The notes beneath the pieces are model-generated. The model made no database searches. It was given only the letters and a program-made list of their open reading frames with translations, and was not told the DNA's origin. Positions 1 through 10,188 of a stretch of DNA of 64,000 nt are shown here, in pieces. The DNA comes from Pedobacter sp. (GTDB taxonomy: Bacteria; Bacteroidota; Bacteroidia; Sphingobacteriales; Sphingobacteriaceae), in contig NZ_JBAZQQ010000011.1 of assembly GCF_041645105.1 (NCBI RefSeq), positions 37,884-101,883 on the forward strand. The letters run 5' to 3'. Numbering within the stretch: position 1 is the first letter of the stretch; the number at the start of each line of letters is the position of its first letter. Made by a program: the position numbers and the translations under genes.

Positions 1-2997
1 CAGAATATAACTGTCAAAGGTGTAGTTACAGATGGACAGGATAAGACGACAATTCCAGCTGTTAGTGTAACGATTAAAGGCACTAATAGCGGGGCCCAAA
101 CAGATGCTACCGGAAAATATTCCATTAGCGCAGCACCAAATAGCACATTAGTATTTAGCTATGTAGGATACGTAACACAGGAAATCCCTGTTAACGGTCA
201 GTCAACAATCAATGTTGTCCTCTCAGCTACTTCACAATCACTAGAACAGGTTGTTGTGGTAGGCTATGGAACACAAAGAAAGCTGGACGTCACAGGTTCA
301 GTAGCCAGCTTAAAAGGCGCAGAGATCTCTAAACAAGCTTCTACCAGTCCTGTGGGTGCATTACAAGGTAAAATAGCCGGTGTTTCCATTACCAACAACG
401 GAGCACCTGGTTCATCTCCACAAATCCGCATCCGTGGTTTGGGTACCATATTTGGCAACCAGGCCCCGTTATATGTGGTAGACGGCGTATGGTATAATGA
501 CATTAGCTTTTTAAGCCCGGGCGATATTGATAACATGAGCATTCTGAAAGATGCCTCTGCCCAGTCCATTTATGGTATACGTGCAGCAAATGGAGTGGTA
601 CTCATCACTACAAAAAAAGGGAAAGCCGGCATGCCAACTACTGTTAATTATGATGCATATGCCGGATTTCAAAAAACAACCAATAAAGTTAAAATGGCCA
701 ATGCACAAGAGTATGCTACCTTTACCAACGAACTGGCCGGACTAAACGGTGGCGCCCCTGTCTTTAGCGATCCTTCTACTCTTGGTCAGGGTACTGACTG
801 GTACGATCAGATCCTTAGAAACGGGTTTGTTACCAATCATAATTTATCAGTTGCCGGTGGCGGTGAGAAATCGACTTACAACATATCACTAGGTTTCCTG
901 GATCAGGACGGAAACGTTAAAACCAATAATTACAAAAGATATACAGCAAGGGTTTCTAACGACATACAGGTGTTTAAAGACCTGAAAGTAGGCTACAACG
1001 TTACAGGTCTGTCCAGTAAATCAAGGGACATACCTACAACCATTTATCACCAGTTGTATGGTGCAGCCCCAAGTGTACCTGTATTTAATGCAGACGGTTC
1101 TTATGGCGATCCAAAAACACAGAATCTTGGTGATGGAGCCAACTATAATCCACAGGCTTCAATTGATTTTTTTAACCAGCAAACCAAACAATACAGCGTA
1201 ACTGGTAATGTATATGCGGAACTGAAATTTGCCAAACATTTTACATTCAGAACAAGTTTTGGAGGAGAATTCGGACAAATAGAAAACAGGAAATACGCAC
1301 CCGTATATCGTGCAACAGAAGCACAAAAAGCTGATATCAGCACCCTCGATCTGAAACGCATAGAAACGCGCAACTGGATTGTAGAAAATACGCTTACTTA
1401 CGATAATACTTTTGCCGTAGATCATAAGTTGACGCTGTTACTAGGGCAATCTGCACAAAGTAATAAAGCCTATACCGTAAATGCCTCCGCTCAAAATGTT
1501 CCTTTCAACACCGAAGCCGATCTTTACCTGAGTTTGGGTGATGCAGCATCAAGAAGTGTAGCCGATCAAGGTTCTCTGATTAAATTTGCATCTTATTTCG
1601 CAAGGGCAAATTATGCATTCAAAAATAAATACCTGATCAACGCTTCAATGCGTGCCGATGGTGCCTCGCAATTTTTTGGTAGTTCGGATGCCTGGGGTTA
1701 TTTCCCCTCTGTAGGTGCCGGATGGGTAATTACCAATGAGGATTTTATGAAAGATCAGAAAGTTTTCAGCTCATTAAAACTAAGAGGTAGCTGGGGACTT
1801 ATAGGAAACGCAAGTGTCCCTATCAATGCTTCACAGCAAACACTTGCCCAAAATGGCAATCTTGTGGCCATCTTTAACAACACCCCTTACACCGGAAAAA
1901 GTATAAACACCTTAATTCCGCCTTCTATTGTATGGGAAAAAGGTATTGGAAGCAATGTCGGACTAGAAGCGGCGTTTTTAAACAACAGGTTAACTGTTGA
2001 GACCGATTTCTACAATAGAAAAACATCTAAGGCTATATTTAAGATTCCTGTTCTCGGATCTTTGGGAACTGAAGACAATCAGATGCTGGGGAACCAGGCC
2101 GACATACAAAACCGAGGTGTAGAATTCTCTGCCACCTGGAGCGATCAGACTAGTGGTGGTTTAGCCTACTCTATAAGTGGTAACATTAGCTACAATGCAA
2201 ATAAGGTGCTTAATGTAGCATCCGGACAAACACCCATCTTTAGCGGAAGTACGGGCGTTACCAATGGTGCCCTTGCCACAAGAACTATTGTAGGTGACCC
2301 TATTGGCGTATTTTATGGCTATAAGGTGGCTGGAATTTTCCAGAATGCAGCCGAAGTAGCCAGTTATTTCCCTCAATCTAACGCAGCTCCAGGAAACTTT
2401 AAATTTGAAGATTTAAACGGCGATGGCAGAATCACTTCACAGGATAGAACAGTAATCGGTAACCCGAACCCTAAATATACTTATGGGGTAAATACCAGTT
2501 TTGCTTATAAAAATTTCGATCTCGCTTTAGATTTCCAGGGTGTGGCAGGTGTAGACATCTACAATGCTAACCTTGCTTACCGTTTCGGTAATGAGAACAT
2601 AACTAAAGACTTTTTCGACAACAGATGGCATGGGGAGGGTACTTCTAATACCTATCCTTCTGCAAGGATAGGTGCGTCTCCAAATGCATCTCCAAACACA
2701 TTTTTTGTTTCAAGCGGTGCGTATTTTAGGGTAAGAAATGCGCAATTAGGTTATACCCTGCCAGGCAATATCCTTTCTAAATGGAAAATACAGAAGATAA
2801 GGTTCTACGCCAATGCTCAAAATGCGATTAACCTATTCGGCTATAAAGGATTTAGCCCTGAAGTAGGACCAGTTCCGGTTGACAATGCAGAGAAAATTAA
2901 AGCCACATTAACCAACACCGCCTTGAATGCCGGCATTGATGCAAATGTGTATCCGCTTTTTGCAACCTACAATTTCGGTATTAACCTTACTTTTTAA
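1..2997 (+). CDS. susC: SusC/RagA family TonB-dependent outer membrane transporter (5' end outside the window)
   Basis: Frame 1 is open from base 1 (QNITVKGVVTDGQD...LEQVVVVGYGTQ, a carboxypeptidase-regulatory-like N-domain), so the ORF-track start at 256 is internal. Plug motifs LYVVDG, ILKDASAQSIYGIRAANGVVLITTK; C-terminal Phe; followed by SusD. Confidence 0.97.
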   Translation, partial: QNITVKGVVTDGQDKTTIPAVSVTIKGTNSGAQTDATGKYSISAAPNSTLVFSYVGYVTQEIPVNGQSTINVVLSATSQSLEQVVVVGYGTQRKLDVTGSVASLKGAEISKQASTSPVGALQGKIAGVSITNNGAPGSSPQIRIRGLGTIFGNQAPLYVVDGVWYNDISFLSPGDIDNMSILKDASAQSIYGIRAANGVVLITTKKGKAGMPTTVNYDAYAGFQKTTNKVKMANAQEYATFTNELAGLNGGAPVFSDPSTLGQGTDWYDQILRNGFVTNHNLSVAGGGEKSTYNISLGFLDQDGNVKTNNYKRYTARVSNDIQVFKDLKVGYNVTGLSSKSRDIPTTIYHQLYGAAPSVPVFNADGSYGDPKTQNLGDGANYNPQASIDFFNQQTKQYSVTGNVYAELKFAKHFTFRTSFGGEFGQIENRKYAPVYRATEAQKADISTLDLKRIETRNWIVENTLTYDNTFAVDHKLTLLLGQSAQSNKAYTVNASAQNVPFNTEADLYLSLGDAASRSVADQGSLIKFASYFARANYAFKNKYLINASMRADGASQFFGSSDAWGYFPSVGAGWVITNEDFMKDQKVFSSLKLRGSWGLIGNASVPINASQQTLAQNGNLVAIFNNTPYTGKSINTLIPPSIVWEKGIGSNVGLEAAFLNNRLTVETDFYNRKTSKAIFKIPVLGSLGTEDNQMLGNQADIQNRGVEFSATWSDQTSGGLAYSISGNISYNANKVLNVASGQTPIFSGSTGVTNGALATRTIVGDPIGVFYGYKVAGIFQNAAEVASYFPQSNAAPGNFKFEDLNGDGRITSQDRTVIGNPNPKYTYGVNTSFAYKNFDLALDFQGVAGVDIYNANLAYRFGNENITKDFFDNRWHGEGTSNTYPSARIGASPNASPNTFFVSSGAYFRVRNAQLGYTLPGNILSKWKIQKIRFYANAQNAINLFGYKGFSPEVGPVPVDNAEKIKATLTNTALNAGIDANVYPLFATYNFGINLTF

Positions 2998-3009
2998 ACT
3001 GCAACAATC

Positions 3010-4497
3010 ATGAAAAAATATTTAAATCTATATAAAAATGCAGCATTGGGTATTGGTTTAGTCCTTGGCATATCCATACTTCCATCCTGCAAAAAAGGTT
3101 TCCTTGACGTTCCCGAAGAAGGAAAACAACAAAGTACAGTATTCTGGAAAACTGCTGATGATGCAGCAGCCGGTGTAAATGCCATATATGGCAGCCTTCG
3201 GTCATGGGAAAACACAGCGTTCCCTGCCATCGCCATTGAAAGCACAGGTTCTGATGACGCCGACAAAGGCAGTACTGCTTCAGATGCCAGCTTCTTCCTT
3301 GATTTTGACCTGTTTACCATAGACCCTGATCAGGGCAACATTGGTGGCTTCTGGAACGGACAATACCGCAATATCAACTATGCCAATCAGGTGCTGGATA
3401 ATGTTCCTGCTATTACTATGGACGAGAACCTAAAAGCAAGGTATCTGGCAGAGGCTAAGTTTGCCAGAGCTTATTCTTATTTTAGACTCGTGCGTGCCTT
3501 TGGTGGTGTACCATTGCGCTTACACGTTCCTAAAGATGCACAAACGGATTATAACCTGCCAAGAGCTGCTGTTTCAGAAGTATATGCTCAGATAGAAAAA
3601 GACCTGACAGAGGCTGCTGCTGTATTGCCTCCATCTTACACCACCGCAGATATAGGTCGTATCACAAAAGGCGCAGCCTTAACCATGCATGCCAAAGTTG
3701 CTATGTATCAGAAAAAATGGGCAAATGTATTGTCCCTTACCAATACGGTTATGACTATGGGCTATTCCTTGCTACCTAACTATGAGAAAGTTTTCAGAGT
3801 AGAAAATGAGAACAGTGTAGAATCAATTTTTGAAATCCAGTGTGCTTTATTGCCGAATAACAAAGATGCATCCAATTCGCAATATTCGCAGGTACAAGGT
3901 GTACGTGGTGTAACTGGCGGAGGATGGGGATTTAATGTCCCTTCTGCAAACCTGGCGGCAGCGTACGAGACCGGCGATCCCAGAAGAGATGCCACCATCA
4001 TATTTAGAGGTGAAACTACCCCTTCTGGTGATGTAATTGACCCAATAGGCGATAACCCTATGTACAACCAGAAATCTTATGTACCTTTTAACCTGTTTGT
4101 ATCGGGCTTTAATGAAGGTGCGCAACAAAATGTACGTGTGCTCCGCTATTCGGATGTCCTGCTGATGAATGCCGAAGCAGCTAATGAATTAAATAACAGT
4201 ACACAGGCAATTTCCTCTTTGGAAGAAGTACGAAAAAGAGCCCGTCAGGGAAACGCGGCTATCCTCCCAAAAGTTACGACGACCGATCAAGCAGCACTTA
4301 GAGCTGCTATATATAGAGAAAGACGTGTAGAATTCGCTATGGAGTTTGACCGTTTCTTTGATGTAATTCGTCAGGGTCGAGGAGCAGAGGTGTTCGGCCC
4401 GAAAGGATGGAAAGCCGGCCGAAACGAAGTTTGGCCGCTCCCACAAACAGAGATCGACCTGAGTGGAGGCGTACTTACGCAGAACCCAGGCTACTAA
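3010..4497 (+). CDS. susD: SusD/RagB family glycan-binding lipoprotein
   Basis: Lipobox ILPSC; motifs EAKFARAYSYFRLV.FGGVP, RYSDVLLMNAEA, ERRVEFAME, QNPGY C-terminus. Confidence 0.96.
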   Translation: MKKYLNLYKNAALGIGLVLGISILPSCKKGFLDVPEEGKQQSTVFWKTADDAAAGVNAIYGSLRSWENTAFPAIAIESTGSDDADKGSTASDASFFLDFDLFTIDPDQGNIGGFWNGQYRNINYANQVLDNVPAITMDENLKARYLAEAKFARAYSYFRLVRAFGGVPLRLHVPKDAQTDYNLPRAAVSEVYAQIEKDLTEAAAVLPPSYTTADIGRITKGAALTMHAKVAMYQKKWANVLSLTNTVMTMGYSLLPNYEKVFRVENENSVESIFEIQCALLPNNKDASNSQYSQVQGVRGVTGGGWGFNVPSANLAAAYETGDPRRDATIIFRGETTPSGDVIDPIGDNPMYNQKSYVPFNLFVSGFNEGAQQNVRVLRYSDVLLMNAEAANELNNSTQAISSLEEVRKRARQGNAAILPKVTTTDQAALRAAIYRERRVEFAMEFDRFFDVIRQGRGAEVFGPKGWKAGRNEVWPLPQTEIDLSGGVLTQNPGY

Positions 4498-4510
4498 TAT
4501 AAATGAATAG

Positions 4511-4544
4511 AGAGGTTGCTGATTAAGGTCAGCAGCCTCTTTTT
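4511..4544 (+). terminator. Intra-operon stem-loop / intrinsic terminator after susD
   Basis: agaggttgctga-ttaagg-tcagcagcctct (12 bp stem, one G-U pair) followed by TTTT. Confidence 0.7.
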
Positions 4545-4557
4545 ATCCGTATCAATT

Positions 4558-5937
4558 ATGGGAAAAAGCAAACTCTTCACGCTAGTATGTTTGGTGCTGA
4601 CCTCCTGTTCTACCGTAGTTCCGGAGCCAGTAGAAGCACAGCAAAAAAAGAGGCAGACCATTCCGGTCGACCTCAAAATACATAAAAATTTAAGCGACGA
4701 TCAGCTCCTGGACCTGGTACAAAAACAAACCTTCCGTTATTTCTGGGACTTTGCCCATCCTATAAGTGGCCTGGCAAGAGAAAGAAGCAATACAGCTTTT
4801 AATTACGGTGGCGAAGTAACAACGACTGGTGGTACTGGATTTGGCATTATGGCCACCATTGCCGCTACTGAGAGAAAATGGGTAAGCCGGGACAGTGCCT
4901 CCCGATTTCTACTTAAAATGGTTACCTTTTTAACCAAGGCTGATTCGTACCATGGTGTATTTCCGCACTGGCTAAATGGAGCCACAGGAAAAACGATTCC
5001 TTTTAGTCGCAAAGATGATGGCGCAGATTTGGTCGAGTCCTCTTTTTTATTTCAGGGACTGTTAACGGCCAAACAATATTTTAACGCTAATAATGCCGTA
5101 GAGCAAGAACTGCGAAACAAAATTACCTGGCTATGGGACGAAGTAGAATGGGATTGGTTCACCAAGGGTGGTGAAGAAGTACTGTACTGGCACTGGAGCC
5201 CCAACAACGGCTGGGCCATGAATTTTCCTTTACGGGGATACAACGAGTGTCTGATTACCTATGTACTCGCTGCATCGGCAAACAGATATCCGGTCTCTGC
5301 GGCAGTTTACCACAGGGGCTGGGCGCAGAGCAACTTTTTTATCAATGGCAAAGAGTTTTACGGACACAAACTCCCCTTGGGATTTGACAATGGAGGCCCA
5401 TTGTTTTTTTCTCACTATTCATTTCTAGGTTTAGATCCGAGAGGATTGAAAGACAAATATGCTGATTACTGGGAACAGAACAAAAACCACACTTTGGTAA
5501 ACAGAGCTTATTGTCTGGCCAATCCCAAAAAATACAAAGGTTATGGACCCAATTCCTGGGGCCTTACTGCTAGTGATAGCTGGCAAGGCTATGCGGCACA
5601 TTCGCCCAATAAAGATTTAGGAGTGATTACGCCTACTGCTGCATTATCAGCTTTCCCATACACCCCTGAATATTCTATGCAGGCACTACGGTATTTTTAT
5701 GAAGAAATGGGCTCAAAAATATGGACTGAATATGGTTTTACGGATGCATTTAGCGAACACCATAACTGGTACGCAAAATCACACCTGGCTATAGACCAAG
5801 GGCCAATCATTGTTATGATTGAGAACTACCGCAGTGGTTTACTATGGAAACTATTTATGAGCAGTCCGGAAATACAAAATGGCTTGAATAAGCTGGGTTT
5901 TAGCAGCCCGGCAATCCTTTCCACATCCAATAAATAA
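4558..5937 (+). CDS. GH144 endo-beta-1,2-glucanase (glucoamylase-like/DUF3131 family), lipoprotein
   Basis: Motifs GLARER, VTTGGTGFG, DLVESSFLFQGLL, GYNECLITYVL, LFFSHYSFLGLDP, WGLTAS, LAIDQGPIIVMIENYRSG. ATG 4558 is preferred over the track start at 4516, which lies inside the hairpin; it gives signal MGKSKLFTLVCLVLTSC. Confidence 0.88.
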   Translation: MGKSKLFTLVCLVLTSCSTVVPEPVEAQQKKRQTIPVDLKIHKNLSDDQLLDLVQKQTFRYFWDFAHPISGLARERSNTAFNYGGEVTTTGGTGFGIMATIAATERKWVSRDSASRFLLKMVTFLTKADSYHGVFPHWLNGATGKTIPFSRKDDGADLVESSFLFQGLLTAKQYFNANNAVEQELRNKITWLWDEVEWDWFTKGGEEVLYWHWSPNNGWAMNFPLRGYNECLITYVLAASANRYPVSAAVYHRGWAQSNFFINGKEFYGHKLPLGFDNGGPLFFSHYSFLGLDPRGLKDKYADYWEQNKNHTLVNRAYCLANPKKYKGYGPNSWGLTASDSWQGYAAHSPNKDLGVITPTAALSAFPYTPEYSMQALRYFYEEMGSKIWTEYGFTDAFSEHHNWYAKSHLAIDQGPIIVMIENYRSGLLWKLFMSSPEIQNGLNKLGFSSPAILSTSNK

Positions 5938-5943
5938 CACACA

Positions 5944-8247
5944 ATGAAATTCTTTTCTTTGCTATCACTATCCCTCCTGTTAGGTATTTATACCAGTTCA
6001 GGACAATATAAAAAGGTCGTTCTCCAAAATAATCAGAAAATGAACGTCTTTATCCAGTCGCTGATGTCAAAAATGACTTTAGACGAAAAGATAGGACAAT
6101 TGAATCTGCTTACCGGAGGTGAAGCAACCACGGGATCAGTAATCAGTACAGATGTTGAAACCAAGATTAAAAAAGGACAGGTGGGTGGCATTTTCAGCTT
6201 AACTACTCCTGCCCGGATTCGTAAGGCACAGGAAATTGCTGTTCAGCAAACCCGGCTTAAGATCCCCATCATATTTGGTCAGGATGTAATTCATGGCTAC
6301 AAAACCACCTTCCCTATTCCATTAGCACTGTCTTGTACCTGGGATATGGCTATGATTGAAAAAACAGCACGTATTGCTGCTACTGAAGCTACAGCAGATG
6401 GATTAAACTGGACTTTCTCTCCTATGGTTGATATTTCCAGAGATGCCCGATGGGGTCGTATTTCTGAAGGTTCAGGAGAAGATACATTCCTGGGTTCAGA
6501 AATAGCCAAAGCGATGGTAAAGGGATATCAGGGTGATGATCTTGCCAAATATAACACAATGATGGCTTGTGTAAAGCATTTTGCATTATATGGTGCTTCA
6601 GAAGCTGGTAGAGATTATAACACTACAGACATGAGTCTTGATCGAATGTACAATGAATATCTGCCGCCTTACAAAGCTGCCTTAGATGCAGGTGCAGGTA
6701 GTATCATGACTTCATTTAATGACATTAATGGTGTTCCTGCAACAGCCAATAAATGGTTAATGACTGATTTATTACGTAAAGAATGGGGTTTTAAAGGCTT
6801 TGTTGTAACCGATTACACTGCAGTAAATGAACTGATAGACCACGGCCTGGGTGATTTACAAGCTGTCTCTGCCTTGTCTTTAAATGCAGGTGTTGATATG
6901 GATATGGTTGGTGAAGGTTTCTTAACGACACTTAAAAAATCTGTAAAAGAAGGAAAAGTAAAAGTTGAGAAGATTGATCAGGCCTGCCGCTTGATATTAG
7001 AGGCTAAATATAAACTGGGCTTGTTCGAAGATCCTTTCCGTTATTGCAACGAGGAAAGGGCTAAAACAGAAATCTTAAAACCAGAGCATTTGGATTATGC
7101 ACGTAAGGTCGCCACAGAGTCTTTCGTTTTGTTAAAAAATGAAAACAACACGCTTCCGTTAAAGAAGAGTGGTACCATTGCATTAATTGGCCCATTGGCA
7201 AATACTGGAGCTAATATGCCGGGAACATGGAGTGTAAATAGTGATCTTGCGAATACAAAATCACTTCTACAGGGCATGCAGGCTGCTGCTGGCTCGGACA
7301 TTAAGATTTTACATAGCCTCGGTTCAAACTTACTTGCTGATGCCAAATACCAGGAACGTGCTACGATGTTTGGTCGTGATATTCCACGTGATAACAGACC
7401 TGAGGAAGTCGTTATTGCTGAAGCAGTAAAATTAGCTAAACAATCAGATGTAGTAGTTGCTGCATTAGGTGAAAGCTCGGAAATGAGTGGCGAAGCATCG
7501 AGCAGAACAGATATAGAAATTCCTGCTATTCAAAAACGTTTATTACAAGCTTTACTTAAAACAGGTAAACCAGTTGTATTGGTGCTATTCACTGGCAGAC
7601 CATTGGCATTGAAATGGGAAAGTGAAAACTTGCCAGCCATTTTAAATGTTTGGTTTGGAGGCACTGAAACAGCGAATGCTATTACTGATGTATTGTTTGG
7701 TCTGGTTAATCCGTCTGGTAAACTGACTACAACTTTCCCTCAGAATGTTGGTCAGCTTCCTTTATATTATGCGCATAAAAAGACTGGAAGACCGTTAGAA
7801 GAAGGCAAATGGTTTAGTAAATTCCGTTCTAATTACCTTGATGTAAGCAACGATCCCTTATATCCTTTTGGTTATGGCTTAAGCTATGCAACTTTTGCTT
7901 ACAGCAACTTAAAAGTAAGTAAAAACAGCTTCAAATCTGGAGAGTCTATTACAGCTAGTATAGAGATTAAAAACACAGGCATTGTTGAAGGTAAGGAAGT
8001 AGCACAATTGTACATTCAAGATTTAATAGGTAGTTCTACACGCCCAGTTAAAGAACTAAAAGGTTTTGAAAAGATCAGCTTAAAACCTGGTGAAAGTAAA
8101 ACCGTTAGTTTTAAAATTACTGAAGAGGACTTGAAATTCTATAATACCGCTTTGAAATTTGTTGCTGAGCCGGGCGATTTCAAAGTTTATATCGGAGGTA
8201 ATTCAAGAGATGTTATGGAGGCAAAATTTTCATTAGCCAACAAATAA
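5944..8247 (+). CDS. bglX: GH3 beta-glucosidase (BglX-like), periplasmic
   Basis: Signal peptide; MTLDEKIGQL, DVIHG, RWGRISEGSGED, KHF, nucleophile region VVTDY, C-terminal Fn3-like RPVKELKGFEKI. Confidence 0.95.
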   Translation: MKFFSLLSLSLLLGIYTSSGQYKKVVLQNNQKMNVFIQSLMSKMTLDEKIGQLNLLTGGEATTGSVISTDVETKIKKGQVGGIFSLTTPARIRKAQEIAVQQTRLKIPIIFGQDVIHGYKTTFPIPLALSCTWDMAMIEKTARIAATEATADGLNWTFSPMVDISRDARWGRISEGSGEDTFLGSEIAKAMVKGYQGDDLAKYNTMMACVKHFALYGASEAGRDYNTTDMSLDRMYNEYLPPYKAALDAGAGSIMTSFNDINGVPATANKWLMTDLLRKEWGFKGFVVTDYTAVNELIDHGLGDLQAVSALSLNAGVDMDMVGEGFLTTLKKSVKEGKVKVEKIDQACRLILEAKYKLGLFEDPFRYCNEERAKTEILKPEHLDYARKVATESFVLLKNENNTLPLKKSGTIALIGPLANTGANMPGTWSVNSDLANTKSLLQGMQAAAGSDIKILHSLGSNLLADAKYQERATMFGRDIPRDNRPEEVVIAEAVKLAKQSDVVVAALGESSEMSGEASSRTDIEIPAIQKRLLQALLKTGKPVVLVLFTGRPLALKWESENLPAILNVWFGGTETANAITDVLFGLVNPSGKLTTTFPQNVGQLPLYYAHKKTGRPLEEGKWFSKFRSNYLDVSNDPLYPFGYGLSYATFAYSNLKVSKNSFKSGESITASIEIKNTGIVEGKEVAQLYIQDLIGSSTRPVKELKGFEKISLKPGESKTVSFKITEEDLKFYNTALKFVAEPGDFKVYIGGNSRDVMEAKFSLANK

Positions 8248-8262
8248 AACATGATTGAATAT

Positions 8263-8298
8263 ATAGAAAGCCTTTCAAGGTCCTGAAAGGTTTTCTAT
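8263..8298. terminator. Bidirectional terminator between convergent GH3 and XRE genes
   Basis: atagaaagcctttca-aggtcc-tgaaaggttttctat inverted repeat, 15 bp stem with one wobble. Confidence 0.75.
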
Positions 8299-8745
8299 TT
8301 ATAGTAAATGACTTATTGAGTTTTTAAGGATCTCTATTTTCTCCTGTTCACAGACAAGTAGTCGCTCGTATAGCATCTTATTTTCTTCTAAAACCTGTAT
8401 TAGTTTATCTAATGGGTTAAAGTTACAGTCTTGATGAAGGTTACTATTAATTGTCTGAGGTTTCTGACTTATGCCTGAAGTATAGGAATTCAAATAATTA
8501 ACTACGGTATCTTCGTCGAAGTTTTTAATAGCATCCTCAGAAACATTCAAGGCAATTGCAACTCTGACTAACACTTCCGGCTCAATTTCTTCCCTGGTTT
8601 CCAATATAGAGATTCGCTTCTGGTGCCAATCCTCCCCCAATTGTATAGCAAGTGCTTCTTGTTTCATCCCGAGCATTTCTCGAAAGCGTTTTACATTTCG
8701 CCCCTGATGTATATTATTGAGAAGTCTTGTTCTTTCCTCAGCCAT
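8299..8745 (-). CDS. XRE-family HTH transcriptional regulator, Bacteroidota type with C-terminal coiled coil
   Basis: HQGRNVKRFREMLGMKQEALAIQLG...QKRISILE HTH; C-terminal FNPLDKL...EENKMLYERLL. Confidence 0.9.
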   Translation of the reverse strand: MAEERTRLLNNIHQGRNVKRFREMLGMKQEALAIQLGEDWHQKRISILETREEIEPEVLVRVAIALNVSEDAIKNFDEDTVVNYLNSYTSGISQKPQTINSNLHQDCNFNPLDKLIQVLEENKMLYERLLVCEQEKIEILKNSISHLL

Positions 8746-9052
8746 ATTTCATTGATTAAATTATCTGACAAACGTAATAAGACTAATAATTTATAGTGAC
8801 TACTAATTAAAACTTTGAGGAAAACACCAAGGAATTTAAAAAAGCTTTTATAAAATATGGTTTGTTCTTACTCATATGCACACTTTCAAAACATTATTCT
8901 GCAGTGATTACATCATGACTGATCTAATAAGCTAAAGGCACTTTAAAGGGCTAAAATAGACCGTTCGTATTCTACGATAGATCTTTTCTGAATTGGTTAG
9001 AAATTTAAGGTTATTGAATTTTGATTCATTAATTATCTCCCAATTTACAATT

Positions 9053-9817
9053 ATGAATAAACCAGAAGATGTTACCATTACCTACATTCCACATAATTTT
9101 AATGTCGCGTGTACCATATTCAATTTATCCATTCAGCGTTTTCTTCAGCAATTTATTGATCATGTTTCATTTTATGATATGATCTTTCCTACTGAAGTTG
9201 ATGCTTATGAACTTGCGACCCGTACACTTTCTAAGTATTCATATGACAAGAAAGAAACTCCTGATGATCAGAAAAATTATGGTATGATTGCAACTACAGA
9301 TCTGGAAGGTTCTGTTCAAGCAGTTAAGGGCATGCACATGATCTCTCTACAAACGGGGTTAAATAACAAACAAAGAAGAGAAAAAGCAGAAAAACTGGTT
9401 CAAAAACTTTTCTTTCATATTGGAAAAGATAAAGTTAAATCTAAAACCCTATATCTGGGAAAGGACCAGACACTGACCTTAAGTCCCGACTTCTGTTTGA
9501 TTTGTGAAATCCAACAGATCGGTCCAGTTGAACATCTTACCAATTTAATGGAGAACATATCCCTTGCTGATATGGAGGCTCGTACCAGCTTAGGTATGTC
9601 ACTTGAGAATCCTGCGATGGGCTTTTACATGAAAGGTCATAAAATATATAATGATCTCCGTAGTAATGAAGCAGTACATCCATTAACATTCAATTACATA
9701 GATGATCTGCAAGAATTGAGATTGCATTTATTCATTTATAGATCCTTAAAATTAAGAGTACAAAAACATCAGGAACTACTAGACAAATACTTTAACCTTA
9801 TAACCAATAAATTATGA
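9053..9817 (+). CDS. Hypothetical protein with two tandem copies of an uncharacterised ~125 aa unit
   Basis: Long ORF. ATG 9053 follows an A/T-rich leader and is preferred over the track start at 8993. Internal repeat PHNFNVACTIF...VSF / SPDFCLICEIQ...ISL. Confidence 0.8.
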   Translation: MNKPEDVTITYIPHNFNVACTIFNLSIQRFLQQFIDHVSFYDMIFPTEVDAYELATRTLSKYSYDKKETPDDQKNYGMIATTDLEGSVQAVKGMHMISLQTGLNNKQRREKAEKLVQKLFFHIGKDKVKSKTLYLGKDQTLTLSPDFCLICEIQQIGPVEHLTNLMENISLADMEARTSLGMSLENPAMGFYMKGHKIYNDLRSNEAVHPLTFNYIDDLQELRLHLFIYRSLKLRVQKHQELLDKYFNLITNKL

Positions 9818-10188
9818 ACCTAACAATTACCATTGACATCCCTGAAGACTTTAAACAATTATGCGATATTTTTGATTTTGATCCTGAAGATATCTTTCAG
9901 GCATTTGCAAATAAGATATCCTTTCCGGTTTTTTATAGTCAGCCAAATAGTCGGCATCGCTGGGCAAATTTCTTCTTTTTAGACTATTTAGTTGATACCT
10001 GTCGTAATGATACAACAAAATGGGAAATACATAAAGCCTTTATGGATAAAATGGTCCACTCCATTTCCAAGAGTGATGACAAGAGTGAAGAAGCAAATAG
10101 GACAGTGATGAAGGAATGGCATCAATTCATTTTGAATAAACGTACAGAAGATTTAATCAACAAGCTTATAGATGAACGTAAAAATTAA
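9814..10188 (+). CDS. Hypothetical protein with a single copy of the same unit (paralogue of the upstream gene)
   Basis: ATGA overlap with the upstream stop; PEDFKQLCDIFDFDPEDIFQAFANKISF aligns ungapped to both repeats of the upstream protein. Confidence 0.8.
   Translation: MNLTITIDIPEDFKQLCDIFDFDPEDIFQAFANKISFPVFYSQPNSRHRWANFFFLDYLVDTCRNDTTKWEIHKAFMDKMVHSISKSDDKSEEANRTVMKEWHQFILNKRTEDLINKLIDERKN

Noticed and set aside
1-5937. Impression of higher GC / different codon usage in susC-susD-GH144 than in GH3, suggesting separate acquisition
   Set aside because: Spot counts of a few 60-mers are too noisy; it needs a computed GC3 and codon profile.
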